A stretch of DNA of 63,958 bases, filler included, from Piptocephalis cylindrospora (taxonomy: Eukaryota), in the NCBI GenBank assembly GCA_003614145.1. It is 7 parts of 7 records of this genome, joined end to end, with 100 filler letters (N's around TTAATTAATTAA, not from the genome) between each part and the next. Parts side by side here need not be neighbours in the genome. Positions count along the whole stretch, not along the records: positions 1 to 9,391 come from KZ988084.1; positions 9,492 to 18,873 come from KZ988085.1; 5 more parts are not named here. One strand, given 5' to 3'. How positions within the stretch are numbered: the stretch's first letter is position 1; the number at the start of each line of letters is the position of its first letter. Made by a program: the position numbers and the translations under genes. Under the pieces are notes generated by a model. The model ran no database searches, was not told the origin of the DNA, and was given only the letters and a program-made list of their open reading frames with translations. This document shows positions 1-13,121 of the stretch, one piece after another.

Positions 1-352
1 ACCTGGTAAGTCGGGTTGGTGGCTTGATGGGGCGAGCACTGATGGTGTGAGGGGGAGGGGAGGGAGGGGGAAGGGATAATATTGTTTCTAGCCTACCTTT
101 ACTTCCTGACACACATTTTTTTCATCATTGTTTTAGGGAAGCGGATTGCAACCATTCTATGCGATGGGGCCTATCGGTATCAATCCCGTCTCTTCAGTAA
201 GTCAACTTGATCAGGAGGAGACATCCAATCCTCTTCATCTAATGCATTGTTTATTCTCACTTTTCCTATCTATAGGCCGCCGTTGGTTGGAGGAAAAGGG
301 CCTTCTTTCCTCCATCCCGGAGCATTTGAAAAAGTACATCGTATTGGAGTGA
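1..352 (+). CDS. Cysteine synthase (PLP-dependent), 3' end only, cut by the contig start
   Basis: Removing introns 6-136 and 198-274 (both GTAAGT..TAG) gives PGKRIATILCDGAYRYQSRLFSRRWLEEKGLLSSIPEHLKKYIVLE*. This matches the C-terminus of fungal CysB/Cys11-type cysteine synthases. Confidence 0.85.
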
Positions 353-2368
353 GCAAAGCAGGGGATTCATTGGCATCCTCTTTTGTAGCTCCCCTTTACC
401 CTGCCCATATGCAATGTGAGCTGATACCACTTGGAGGGAGGCATGAGAGGATATACGGGGCGGCTATGAAGAGGGGCTTGTCATTAGAGTATCGGTCCCT
501 CCTAGCATCTTGTCACCCAGTGCGTAGTCATTATTCAGAATGTTCTATCCTAGTCGATGTTGCCGGAGGAGAGATGCGATGATCATTGAGATCCACCATT
601 CTACGGTTGGCGGAATTCACGCTTAGCATAGGAGAGGATTATGCGCCCTACAGGCTTTATATCATACTGCAACTCCTGGGCATCCTGGTCGTGGGGGATA
701 TTGGGGCCGTGGGGATACAGGATGGGAAGAGGATCACATACCCAGCCCGTCTTTATGCGCACACATCTTCCCTTTGTCCATGTCTTGGTTGGCTAGCTGG
801 CACCCCAAGCAGTACACTGTCATAGCCAAGCGTTTAAATGCGTCCACTCGCCCTACCTCCCCCGACTTGGGCCACCCATACCCTAGAAAGGCTGTGTGGC
901 TGTTTCAAGCACGTTCTTGTCGACATAGCGGACCTCCGATAAAAAGGTCGTGTACAGTCCTGGTCCACACTTGCCCCGTTCTCCTTCTCCTTGCTCTCTA
1001 CTCTCTTCTCTTCCCCTTCTTTCTTTCCTGCGCTCTATTTACCTCACCACTCTCCTCCTTCCTACTGCTTCGGGCTCGCCCATCCACGTTCCTCAGCCAA
1101 TCGCCCTGACCACCAAGTACGCCTTTTCCTTTTGGGCTTACCGCCTTACTCTCATTCCACTCCCCACCCTACCGAACCTGTGATGGCCTCTAGCGCCAAT
1201 GTGGTTTCAGGGGATTCTGACACGTTAAATAATTCTGAGCGCCCAAAGACACGTCGTTCGACTATGCGTACTCGAAGCTCCTCTCCTTCTTTGAGTTCGA
1301 CTCAGGCCCCGATTCCCGAAGTGGTACTTACGGGTTCTGACTCGATCTCCTTTCAAGAAAGTGAGGATTCCAATCAGGCTCATGGTGATGATACTGACCA
1401 AGGTGATGGGCAAGAGGAAAATATGGAAGGAACGATTTCCAAAGAGACTTCGAGACCCTCTCAGGATGGTGAAGGGGCTGGGATGATGAACCCCGAGGCC
1501 TCTGACACCCCTACGATTATTAAACGTCCCAAGGAAGATGCAGAACAGGGAAGCCTTCCTTCCCCGTAGGTTATTTTCATGAGGAGGACAGGTCTCTCCT
1601 CCAAGGGACTGGGGAGGCCACGCGAACAAAGGGAATGGACTAACCCAAAACATCGTTGGGGATGTAGGGAATCGGCAAAGCGACGTCGCATCCCGACCAG
1701 AAAAGCTGTTGGGGAGGGGAAGGAGTCGGTCACCCCCACTCCACCTTCCCTTAGATCTGGGGCCCAGTATGTAAGTAAAAGATGTGCTGCGTCATGATGG
1801 AGTGACGTTTTATCACACGGCCCCATCTAAATATGCATTGAGCCCTTTATTTCAATCTACTTTCCATCTGATCCTTCTCTCTCAATGATGTAGCTCGCAA
1901 TGGATCACAACAACGATTACTGCGAGACTTGCAATGGTACAGGAGAGTTTCTATGCTGTGAGACATGCCCTGTTGCCATGCATTTTATCTGCGCCGACCC
2001 CCCCGTTTTAACTGTTCCGGATGGGGATTGGTTTTGTCGGAATTGTCTGGATAAGCAAAGGGTAAAGTGGCTTGAATCGACATCTAGCATAATATGAATC
2101 GTGTACTGACTCTAATACCCGTGGTTTGACCTAGGGGGATCAAGAGGAGGAAAAATCGAAGAATTCAAAAGATGCAAAGGTCGGGCCGTTTGATCGATAC
2201 TCCAAGCCCCTCCGTCATAAAAACCCCACAATCTATACCCTTCCGGCGTACATTCGATCTGTCTTTCCGGATGGTAAGATCTTGTTGGGCTTGCTATGGG
2301 AGGATGCGTTCCATAACCGTGGAGCGTTGTACAAGGGACGGACTAACCCTTCTACGCCTTCTCTTCAA
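1..2368 (+). repeat. Left arm of a 2368-bp inverted repeat (partner 7024-9391)
   Basis: Position i pairs with 9392-i, and the ORF track is mirrored with identical translations. Identity ends after CTCTTCAA at 2368. Confidence 0.97.
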
Positions 2369-3703
2369 TCCTCACACTTACAGTGGGGGTCAATGAGCGC
2401 GGCGAATATCTCAGCATTCGGGAGTACAGACCATCGAAAACTGAGTACGTCTGCCGCTTACTCGTTTAGCTCAATCAACTTGCCCCATCCCACGATTAAC
2501 TTATCTCCTCTCCCATCCCCTCTTGGTGTAGCTTTCGGGAGGATGGAAATGAGCTAAAGAGACTGCATGATACTCGAGGCCAAGTACGATTATGCTACCA
2601 TTGTGGCAAATCAGCAGTTCGGGGCAAGATGCTCAGCTGTGACCATTGCCCTTTACATTGGCATCTGAGCTGTCTGGGATCCGCGGCCATTCCCCCAGCT
2701 CGTCGCAAGTGGAGATGTCCAGCACATGTGGAGCATGCTACGGTACGTGTCTACCCGGAGGAGAGAAAAAGAAGTACTCTTATGATCTAAAGGTGGTTTA
2801 CTCATACACCTTTCGCTGAGGAGTAGGTCCAACCGAAAAAGGTCCCAAGAAAAGGAAAAACCATTCATGTGGCGTCGGAGCATGCACCGATTGATGGGGA
2901 TTATGATGTAGTAGGGCAGGATGAGTGGCTGGATCCTCGTTTGCTCAATCAGCCTTATGAGGTGACAGCCCCCAGCATTCTTCGAAACTTTCTCCGGACC
3001 GTCTCTTCCTCCCGTTCCTCTAGGCCATCCAGGCAGGAAGGGGGACAGGAGGCTGAAAAAACCTTTCATTTGACCAGATCTGAGGTAGGGTGTCTCGAAA
3101 GAGAGAGATGGACGAAGAGATTGCGCACGTGTAGAAGGGTTTACTCGGATTCGTGCTCTAGAGGCATCTTTCCGCTATAAAATCCGTCTACTCACACATA
3201 CTTACCACTCCATAATGAATGGTGGACAGATGGATGTGATTGGGATCCTCTCAGAATGTCAGATTGGCCGTAAACTACAAAACGGGCATTCTAAGGCAAC
3301 ATCTACGGATAAAGCAAGAGACCTTGCTACATCGAATGGAGAATCCCTCCCCACTGGCTGCTCCGAGGGGCTCGGGAGGCCCATGTCCCTGTCACCCCAG
3401 GAGATTCGTTCTTTGTTGTCCATTGTGAAGGTAAGAAGGGATAAGGTTTTGGGATATAGTTATGAACGATTCTCACCCACACTTTTTTCTCATTTTAACC
3501 GGCAGTGTGATCAAGAGGGAGGAAATGATAGGAAAATGTCTGATTCAGACGAGCCGTTGAGCCCAGTGCGACTTGATCGCTTGATGGCTGTTGAAAAGCT
3601 CTTGAAAGTCTGTGGAGCCGAGGCGGTTGAAAACTTTTTAACTCGGACCCTCCACGAACGGGGAATATTAGAGAAGGAAGGGAGAAGAGATGGTAGTGGA
3701 TGA
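1183..3703 (+). CDS. Double PHD-finger protein, Rco1/Cph1/Cph2-like (Rpd3S HDAC complex subunit), multi-exon
   Basis: Acidic, Ser-rich N-terminus. PHD1 is NNDYCETCNGTGEFLCCETCPVAMHFIC..PDGDWFCRNC (about 1900-2060). The linker is NPTIYTLPAYIRSVF..VGVNERGEY. PHD2 is CYHCGKS..MLSCDHCPLHWHLSCL..KWRCPAH (about 2530-2740). Introns include 1566-1667, 1771-1893, 2062-2134 and 2274-2383. Confidence 0.8.
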
Positions 3704-5676
3704 CTGGGATTGGATCCCGTGATGCTGATATGAAGGATGTCTTACTCGGTAAACCGAGTAGTTACAGGGATGACGTGTGGATCAGGGTCTCGTAAGACTA
3801 AGAGGGGGAGATGTGGGACGACCAGGGAGGAATTGGGAATATGAACAGTGTAAAGTGTTGCTTCTGAATCTGGGAGGGCGGTTTGTGACCTGACGTAACG
3901 CTATTCATGCTATTATTCTATCCGGTGTGTTCTTTGGAGAGATGAGCATCATACTAATAATATCCAGAGCAGGGAGCAGAGCATTATCATCTGAACTGAG
4001 ACGAATATTTGCTCTATATGCCCAGTCAATTTTCTAGGATAAATGCAATCAATAGCGTCTTCATTCAACCTCTTGGTTTTGATGATCATTGGATGAGCTA
4101 TACCTAACGTACTTTTATGAGGAATGATAATGGTAAGGCGATAGGGAATGCTTCAGAAAATTCTTATCATCTAGGCTTGGATATACAATCTATGTCTCGC
4201 ATCATTGTTCCCACGATATGAATCTTCCACATCTTTCCCCTAAAGGAAATATTGATTCAATGCACCCAAATGTACTACTGCTTACCCACTCATCACCTCC
4301 TCCTCTGGTCTTGTCCAGGGATGAAGAAGAGTTGAAGGCATAACATATGCGTATGCATGTGAAGTAGGGAACGGGGGTCCAGGGGATTGATTCGTTCTTC
4401 GTAGGTAACTTCCCAGAACGGATCATTAAATGCAGATTTCAAGATCCGTTTAGTCAATGAAAGGAGAGAAATAGAACTGGGCAAGCTGATGGGTTGACAA
4501 GGAGGCTCCGATGCTGGGATGGGTCAGGGTTGTGACCATCGGAGAAGCAAGATTGAGCCAATGATGAGGGGAAGCAGCACTAACCGGATAGATGGGGATG
4601 GTGGGACTCACACTCGCGCACATCCCCCACGGTGTGTCGGAGTCGATCAGTGTGACACAGACAGGAGTGAAGGTTTGATGTTTCCTACATCGCTCGTCAT
4701 GGTCATCCTGGACGATGTCTAACTGGGCCATACAGCCGATTCCCATCTCGATAGGCACGGTAATAGGGAAGTCTTATTGTTGGGTAACCTAGCGACCTAT
4801 CATCCTGTGTAAGTGTAAGAAGTTTAGGGAGGTGAAGGTGAACAGACGATAGCTTCCTCTGAGGGCAAACCTTAAGGTCTCCTACTCATGGTGTCATCTA
4901 CAGCGTGGCAGTCTGGGGAATGAATGGATAAACGGAATCTCGACCCTCCTCTCTTTCATGGTGTGGGATAGGATGCGCGGAAGTGCCAGATGCATTTATC
5001 TGGTTGTGCCTTGATGCGTGCTTTCTAATGATACCTTCCTCCATATCTTTGTCATTGAGAGCTGGTGGTTTCGAGGCGGGTATTCAATTTGACTTTTCCC
5101 TCTGGATACCTATTGCATCGTTCCTCGGGAAAACCATATCAATCCCGATGCTCCACCAATATTCCTATTAAGGGCAATGGCGATCTACTCTTCTTCATGG
5201 TGGTCATCAGGGTCGGAAGGGATAATGTGTTTTTTTCAGTCCCTTCCTAGTGGGGACGGAAGGGTCAGGACCAGGACATGCAAGGGTATAAAAGATCTAC
5301 TTAACTCACGGTCCTCCATTAGACCTATCCACTTGAAATTTCCCCCTCCTCCCATCCCCTTCTCTCTCTCGTCCTCCCTTTTACCCTTTACCATCAAGAC
5401 TTTCCGTGTCAATTTCACTTCCGATCTCACCTTTTCCCCTGGGAACCTCTTTCGAATCCCTCCACCTTTTTTCCTTTCAGCTCACTACCATCCATTTCTT
5501 TTTCCATTTCTCCTTTTCCAATCTTGAACTTTCCCTCATTTTCCCATTTCAGTCGATTTCCTCTTCTTTCCTTTCCTTTGTTCTCGTCTCATCATAGTCA
5601 TTACCCTGTTTTTGAATCTATCATCTTCCCTTTCCTCGCTTCATTATCCCCATACCGCTACACTCTTCCCTAGACC

Positions 5677-6264
5677 ATGACCAAACCATACCCTTTCATG
5701 AACGGCATGCTCATCGTCATCGATGGACCAAAGAAATGGACCATTGTCGATGAATGGACATACGAAATGCAATATGTCGTGAGACCCCTTGGTCCTGGTG
5801 ATGAGGGGCCCATGGTCCTTATAAATGGCGTGACCAATACGCCCATCTGGGATATGTCCAGCCCCATTATGCACGATAAGGGCGATGAAGAAAAGAAGTA
5901 CGTGGATATTCTCTCCCTTCCCGAAGACTCCCCTCGGACGTGCATCCGTCTTTATCAGACTTCGGACGAGGCCTTCCGGTGGGAAATGACCTGGTCCTCA
6001 GAACAGGTGTTCCGATGGAAGAAACCCGCGTTTAGCGCGCATCTCCGATGCGTAGATACCAGAGATCCCACGAACCTCCTGGCGGTGTACGAGCCCGTGG
6101 TGGATGAGAATCTTCCCGAGTATATCCCGATCAAGGGTACTCCCTTGGGTTGGATCAGGTCCTGCGTCCTAGAACCATTAGCTCCTAAGCCACTAACGGA
6201 TGATCCAGGGTTTCTTGCGGCCTCGATGGTCCTCCTGGCCATTTCCAGGAATGATCGGCTCTGA
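5677..6264 (+). CDS. Hypothetical protein, 195 aa, single exon
   Basis: Clean ATG-TGA ORF with globular composition. It is preceded by a TATAAAA (about 5287) and a long pyrimidine-rich leader like other genes here. No family recognised. Confidence 0.6.
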   Translation: MTKPYPFMNGMLIVIDGPKKWTIVDEWTYEMQYVVRPLGPGDEGPMVLINGVTNTPIWDMSSPIMHDKGDEEKKYVDILSLPEDSPRTCIRLYQTSDEAFRWEMTWSSEQVFRWKKPAFSAHLRCVDTRDPTNLLAVYEPVVDENLPEYIPIKGTPLGWIRSCVLEPLAPKPLTDDPGFLAASMVLLAISRNDRL

Positions 6265-7023
6265 TTCTGGGATTCTCCTCTTCTCATTGACCAAAGCGGA
6301 CTCCACATAGTCTCTAGTGGTCTGGCCAAGGGGGAAGAATGAAGGCTAATACTCCTAGGATGGAGTGGGGTGAAGCGTCAGCGCTTCATCCTCGCACGAA
6401 AAAAACTCGCTTCCATTTTCCATTTTTACCCATGTCGAAGTACCCAGATGTATGAAGTTTATACTGAGATGGTTCAGAGAGGATTATATTTTATGATGAT
6501 TATAAAAGCAGCGGTAATGGTAGTAAAGGATGGATGGAAGACTGGAGGAATTGATCCAATCTAGGGGGATGCATTGTTGACTCTCACATACTCAACTTTC
6601 TAGTACCAGATCTACCGCCACGAGCACATTCATCGCCTTCGTCTTAAAGTCTCTTACCTGGTTAGGAAGGATGAATTGCTGATGGGCACGACCCTCTAGC
6701 ATCCAATGCACTCCCCACACTGTGTTCATATCAACTCTGGAAGAGTAGAAAGGGAATTGAGAAGGGTGGTATGGTCGATTGAGCGGGGTTTCATTTCGAA
6801 TGAATGTTCCGAGCCTTCAGGCGCGTCTCCAAAAGGGAGACAAGCATATTGGTCGTTGTGTATTGCAGCGCTTAACGCATCTTTTTGTCCATGTCCAAGT
6901 GTACTTCTTCCTGCCTTCGTTCTAACCACAGATACACGCTGCTCTGGCTATGAAGCATTATCCATCAATGACATCAAAGTCGTCTCCGAGCTGAAAGTTG
7001 CGTGCAAAGTCCCGTGGTTCCAG

Positions 7024-9391
7024 TTGAAGAGAAGGCGTAGAAGGGTTAGTCCGTCCCTTGTACAACGCTCCACGGTTATGGAACGCATCCTCCCATAGCA
7101 AGCCCAACAAGATCTTACCATCCGGAAAGACAGATCGAATGTACGCCGGAAGGGTATAGATTGTGGGGTTTTTATGACGGAGGGGCTTGGAGTATCGATC
7201 AAACGGCCCGACCTTTGCATCTTTTGAATTCTTCGATTTTTCCTCCTCTTGATCCCCCTAGGTCAAACCACGGGTATTAGAGTCAGTACACGATTCATAT
7301 TATGCTAGATGTCGATTCAAGCCACTTTACCCTTTGCTTATCCAGACAATTCCGACAAAACCAATCCCCATCCGGAACAGTTAAAACGGGGGGGTCGGCG
7401 CAGATAAAATGCATGGCAACAGGGCATGTCTCACAGCATAGAAACTCTCCTGTACCATTGCAAGTCTCGCAGTAATCGTTGTTGTGATCCATTGCGAGCT
7501 ACATCATTGAGAGAGAAGGATCAGATGGAAAGTAGATTGAAATAAAGGGCTCAATGCATATTTAGATGGGGCCGTGTGATAAAACGTCACTCCATCATGA
7601 CGCAGCACATCTTTTACTTACATACTGGGCCCCAGATCTAAGGGAAGGTGGAGTGGGGGTGACCGACTCCTTCCCCTCCCCAACAGCTTTTCTGGTCGGG
7701 ATGCGACGTCGCTTTGCCGATTCCCTACATCCCCAACGATGTTTTGGGTTAGTCCATTCCCTTTGTTCGCGTGGCCTCCCCAGTCCCTTGGAGGAGAGAC
7801 CTGTCCTCCTCATGAAAATAACCTACGGGGAAGGAAGGCTTCCCTGTTCTGCATCTTCCTTGGGACGTTTAATAATCGTAGGGGTGTCAGAGGCCTCGGG
7901 GTTCATCATCCCAGCCCCTTCACCATCCTGAGAGGGTCTCGAAGTCTCTTTGGAAATCGTTCCTTCCATATTTTCCTCTTGCCCATCACCTTGGTCAGTA
8001 TCATCACCATGAGCCTGATTGGAATCCTCACTTTCTTGAAAGGAGATCGAGTCAGAACCCGTAAGTACCACTTCGGGAATCGGGGCCTGAGTCGAACTCA
8101 AAGAAGGAGAGGAGCTTCGAGTACGCATAGTCGAACGACGTGTCTTTGGGCGCTCAGAATTATTTAACGTGTCAGAATCCCCTGAAACCACATTGGCGCT
8201 AGAGGCCATCACAGGTTCGGTAGGGTGGGGAGTGGAATGAGAGTAAGGCGGTAAGCCCAAAAGGAAAAGGCGTACTTGGTGGTCAGGGCGATTGGCTGAG
8301 GAACGTGGATGGGCGAGCCCGAAGCAGTAGGAAGGAGGAGAGTGGTGAGGTAAATAGAGCGCAGGAAAGAAAGAAGGGGAAGAGAAGAGAGTAGAGAGCA
8401 AGGAGAAGGAGAACGGGGCAAGTGTGGACCAGGACTGTACACGACCTTTTTATCGGAGGTCCGCTATGTCGACAAGAACGTGCTTGAAACAGCCACACAG
8501 CCTTTCTAGGGTATGGGTGGCCCAAGTCGGGGGAGGTAGGGCGAGTGGACGCATTTAAACGCTTGGCTATGACAGTGTACTGCTTGGGGTGCCAGCTAGC
8601 CAACCAAGACATGGACAAAGGGAAGATGTGTGCGCATAAAGACGGGCTGGGTATGTGATCCTCTTCCCATCCTGTATCCCCACGGCCCCAATATCCCCCA
8701 CGACCAGGATGCCCAGGAGTTGCAGTATGATATAAAGCCTGTAGGGCGCATAATCCTCTCCTATGCTAAGCGTGAATTCCGCCAACCGTAGAATGGTGGA
8801 TCTCAATGATCATCGCATCTCTCCTCCGGCAACATCGACTAGGATAGAACATTCTGAATAATGACTACGCACTGGGTGACAAGATGCTAGGAGGGACCGA
8901 TACTCTAATGACAAGCCCCTCTTCATAGCCGCCCCGTATATCCTCTCATGCCTCCCTCCAAGTGGTATCAGCTCACATTGCATATGGGCAGGGTAAAGGG
9001 GAGCTACAAAAGAGGATGCCAATGAATCCCCTGCTTTGCTCACTCCAATACGATGTACTTTTTCAAATGCTCCGGGATGGAGGAAAGAAGGCCCTTTTCC
9101 TCCAACCAACGGCGGCCTATAGATAGGAAAAGTGAGAATAAACAATGCATTAGATGAAGAGGATTGGATGTCTCCTCCTGATCAAGTTGACTTACTGAAG
9201 AGACGGGATTGATACCGATAGGCCCCATCGCATAGAATGGTTGCAATCCGCTTCCCTAAAACAATGATGAAAAAAATGTGTGTCAGGAAGTAAAGGTAGG
9301 CTAGAAACAATATTATCCCTTCCCCCTCCCTCCCCTCCCCCTCACACCATCAGTGCTCGCCCCATCAAGCCACCAACCCGACTTACCAGGT
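7024..9391 (-). repeat. Right arm of the inverted repeat; carries a copy of the cysteine synthase 3' end (9040-9391) and a truncated 5' half of the PHD gene (7024-8209)
   Basis: Reverse complement of 1-2368. This copy breaks inside a PHD-gene intron, after the branch point and before the 3' splice site. Confidence 0.95.
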
Positions 9392-9491
9392 NNNNNNNNN
9401 NNNNNNNNNNNNNNNNNNNNNNNNNNNNNNNNNNNTTAATTAATTAANNNNNNNNNNNNNNNNNNNNNNNNNNNNNNNNNNNNNNNNNNNN
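9392..9491. other. Artificial contig linker N44-TTAATTAATTAA-N44
   Basis: Six-frame stop spacer flanked by Ns. Identical linkers occur at 18874-18973, 28345-28444, 37796-37895, 47233-47332 and 56668-56767. Confidence 0.99.
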
Positions 9492-9576
9492 CCGGGCCTG
9501 GGGAGGGGCTGGGAGGGGGGGGTGGGGGAGTTTGGGCAGGGTTCGAAGTGTGGGATGGGATAGGGGGGGGGCTTAC

Positions 9577-10158
9577 AAAGTTCATTTCAGCAAGGGTGAA
9601 GAGGGCATCGACATGATTAAGGGAGGCAGCCTCCTCGAGCAGACGATGTGCTGTCCACATCCTAGGATCTGGGGTGGGGGTGTCGGCCTCATTGGAGGCC
9701 GATTTACCGCCGAGTTTCCATGAGGCGAAAAAGGAGGAACGGAGGAGTTTTAGGGCTAGGGAGGAGACGTAAGAACGAAGGTTGGTGACCAGGGAAGTTT
9801 CTGAGGGGTAGTAATCTGGGAGGGAAAAGGGATCTTTGCTTTTCAATTCATCCAAGAGCGCTCTTGCCTGACGGTACAAGTCTGACACGGGGAGGGAAGG
9901 GTAAGAGGTATGGGGAGGGGAAGGAAGAAGAGAGTTCTTACCAGCAGCGCGTTCCTCCTCTTTAGTTAACTCTGAGGTGACCTGGGGTTCTGAGGATTCG
10001 GAAGGGGAGGAGGAGGGGCTTTGGGTTTGTGCAGAATTTTGAGATGCTTGAATTTGCGAAGAGACCGGCAAAGGATCAGAGGAGGAACCCGACTCTGACC
10101 GCGCGACGGAGGTCAGGGTAAGGACGCAAGCCAGGGCCACAAGTCCATTGAGGCGCAT
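9577..10158 (-). CDS. HRD3: HRD3/SEL1L-like ERAD protein, exon 1 (signal peptide plus start of the first Sel1 repeat)
   Basis: Signal peptide MRLNGLVALACVLTLTSVARS. Ends AHRLLEEAASLNHVDALFTLAEMNF followed by a GTAAGC donor in phase 0. It continues in phase with the exon at 13122(+). Confidence 0.8.
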
Positions 10159-10386
10159 TGCGATGGTGAGGACAACGAGGAGAGGAGGGAGAGTTGATCA
10201 GAGAGGAATAAAGGATGGGGGAGAGAGGATGTGGGAGAAAATTGGGGAAGAGAGAGGGGATGAGGAGGAAGAGAGAGAGAGAGAGGGGGGGAAGGAGAGG
10301 TTAAGGTGGGGAATGTGTGTCATCCTGAGAGTCTTTAGGCAGCAGATGGCTTGATGCATAGTTGTGAAGTGTCTGTCTGCATTGAA

Positions 10387-10429
<43 letters not shown>

Positions 10430-10445
10430 CGTGTGTGTATGTGTG
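10387..10445. repeat. (GT)n microsatellite
   Basis: Visible dinucleotide run with a few interruptions. Confidence 0.95.
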
Positions 10446-10715
10446 CGGGCTAGGAAAGTGGGATCGCAGAGATTCTGGAGAGGATGCCACCCTGCCATTC
10501 CCGGTAAGAAGGTAAGAAAGTGATGAATAAGGGATGAGCAAGGAGCAGGGAGAGTGCATACAATCACATGTTAGGGTACTCATAAAGATGTCTCTGTATG
10601 CATCGAGGAGGATGTGGGAGGGAAGGGTGGGTCTTCGGGGGATGATTCGTGGTGTTGTGATTATTTATTGTAGGATGAGGTGTGAATCATAGGACGATGA
10701 TTGGTGGGGAAGTAC

Positions 10716-12193
10716 TTAATGAGTGGGTGTGGAAGAGGCCAGGGCCAAGTCATTCTCTATGGAATCCTTCCCATGATTGGGACGATCACCACGAAGAAGG
10801 ACCTCGACACCGGGAAGGGAGAGAACGTGGTTCATGGCATGATGAAGCTGATTCAAGGACCAGGAGGCGTAGGCGAGCTCGGCCATGGGATCCTCCTGAA
10901 GAGGGTTGGATGTTGAATTTTGACTCGAGAGAAGAAGGATCTGGCCTCGTACGCGGTGGACGGCCCAAGTCAAGTATCTCCAGTATTCCCGACAGTTCCA
11001 GCCCGTATTGGCCCTGAGGAGGGTTTGACAATGCTCATCGTACTCTTTGCCCAGGGCTTGACGAAAATGTTGGATGGCGCCCGAGACCTCCTCCAGATCT
11101 TCTCCCAGGACCTGGGTCATCAAGGAGACATTGGAGGCATTACTCCAATTGTGGTTCAAGGAGATGGTTGGGCCCTGTGGGAGGAGGATGAGAGGGGAGA
11201 GGAAGGGTGGAGATGGGCAAAGAAGGGACTGACCATGTTTTCCACCTGATGATACCATCCACTAGGGACAAAGACGACCTCTCCAGGGTATTGATAGATG
11301 ATAGCATGAGGGGGAAGAGAGGAGTAGTCCTGGACGTCCAGGGGGTTTCCATCTTTGACGAGATGAGGATGTGAGGGGTCGAGTAGAGGAGCCTCTTGAG
11401 ATGGGGGAAAGAGGATCCATCGTTTGATGCCACAGATGTTGGCGCTCCAAGAATGGGAACGAAAGACATCGGCATGCAACGAGGTCCAGGACCCGGCGTA
11501 TCCCAGGTAAGCAAAGCGAAAGTCATCTTGAATCCCCTCCCCAGACCGATGATCCCACCATGCATTTAACCAGTCGTCCGCTAGGACCTCAGGGACCGTG
11601 TAGACGCTCGGAAGACTGGAGAAGGCCTGTTGAAAGTGCCAATCCTTGCAGTAGAGTCTTCCTGGTCGACGATCGGGTTTCCAATCCGGGAAGGATCTCT
11701 CCTTTGGGGGAGGATGGCTTTCCAGAGGGCTTGGATTGTAGGGGAGAGGGGAGGCCTTTTCCTCTAGAGAGAGTGTGTTGAGCTGGGGTAGATCATCTGG
11801 GTGTCGAGGGGTGACATTTTCGGGGAATTCATGGTCCTCTCTCCATCGTTGACAAAAGTCAGAAAAGGTCATGTCTTGGATGCTGGGATCGTGCAAGGCG
11901 CTCATGTAAGCCGGGGAAGTCGTGTCCTCTGGGGTGGTGGAGAGGGAGGAGGAGGGGGAGGCCTGACCGTTACAGACCATGACGGAGACGGGGGCATCTC
12001 CATAGGTAGTTTCTAGATGGTCCCAGTTGGGGAGGCCGGTGGAAGGGTCGACCCAATCCCGGAGGGCAGACCAGTGCTTGGTGGCCCATGGACCCAGGAT
12101 GACGGGTTGTCTAGGGAGCTGATAGGTGTCCCGAAAGGCCTGTTTCCCGATGGGGGTGTCCAAATAGGGAATATGGATGGTTGACGTGGACAT
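10716..12193 (-). CDS. JmjC-domain 2-oxoglutarate/Fe(II) oxygenase, JMJD4-like; exons 12193-11234 and 11174-10716
   Basis: Motifs LYCKDWHF, DDFRFAYLG, TSLHADVFRSHSWSANICGIKRW (HxD), FVPSGWYHQVEN and TISLNHNW. The intron is 59 bp, GTCAGT..CAG. Confidence 0.9.
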
Positions 12194-12329
12194 GGTAAAG
12201 AAACCCCGTTTTTGGCGATATGGCTACTCTTGGGGTTCCTTGACCTGGATGACACCCCAGTAGTTTAGGGGTTTGTACGAGGAGGGCTTGAGGGATCGGG
12301 GATGGGGGACCCTTGCAGAGAGGGAGAGA

Positions 12330-12332
<3 letters not shown>

Positions 12333-12388
<56 letters not shown>
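12333..12388. repeat. (GT)n microsatellite
   Basis: Pure GT run of about 28 units. Confidence 0.95.
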
Positions 12389-12391
<3 letters not shown>

Positions 12392-13009
12392 AGCAAGAGA
12401 GAGAGGATGTACGTGTGTCACTACTGCTGTTGCTAATGATAGAAAGAATCCGAGAGACAAGTGTATGAATTGACTGAAACGGAATGACTGTGCTGGTGTG
12501 TAGCGGAGAAAGAGCCCCCGCCTCAGCGACCCCATAGGACAGTTGCTCTGTGTGTGGTGCACAACGCGCGTGATGTGAGATGGGCCACATATTGGAGATG
12601 GACGACTAGGGAAGGGCTGAATCATCTTGGCGGAAGGGCACGTATACGGGACATACCAATGAGGAAAAGGTCAATGTTGACGAAGTGTGTACAAGGTATT
12701 CCCCTTCCTAATTCATCCATCTTGCCCATATGCATAGAGAGGAGGGTGGGAGATATGGTACAGTGATGAGATTGTTTATGGTGGGGGAGAGGATCATCCA
12801 ATGACACTGGCACCGCTGGGTGGTCTATAAGCCATCACACACAGACACCCTCCCTCGGGCCAATGTGGATAGCGAGCGGAGACAGAAGGATGATGAGTGT
12901 GCACACACAGACACAGAGAGACAGACAGGCACTGAGACAGACAGACAGACACACACACACAACGGAAAGAATCCCCTATCCCCTTGCTCTATACGTATTA
13001 GTATTAGGG

Positions 13010-13019
13010 NNNNNNNNNN
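13010..13019. other. Scaffold gap (10 N) inside contig 2
   Basis: Ten Ns without a linker motif. Confidence 0.97.
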
Positions 13020-13121
13020 CTCCCCCCCACAAAGGGAGAGAAAAGGGAAAGGGGCCTGCCAAGGAAGAGGGACTCTGTGCCCCCCCCTTTTCCCCTTCCC
13101 CCCCCCCCCCCCTCCCCTTAG

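Noticed and set aside
1..9391. Linear plasmid, Polinton or giant transposon with long terminal inverted repeats
   Set aside because: The arms contain truncated intron-bearing host genes. No polymerase, integrase or transposase is recognisable between them.
9436..9447. TTAATTAATTAA as a recurring biological motif
   Set aside because: It always sits between two 44-N runs and is a synthetic six-frame stop linker.
12224..13009. ORFs with HTHTHT or CVCVCV runs
   Set aside because: They are translations of GT/CA microsatellites.
13004..13009. TTAGGG next to the gap as a telomere
   Set aside because: Single copy with no tandem array.
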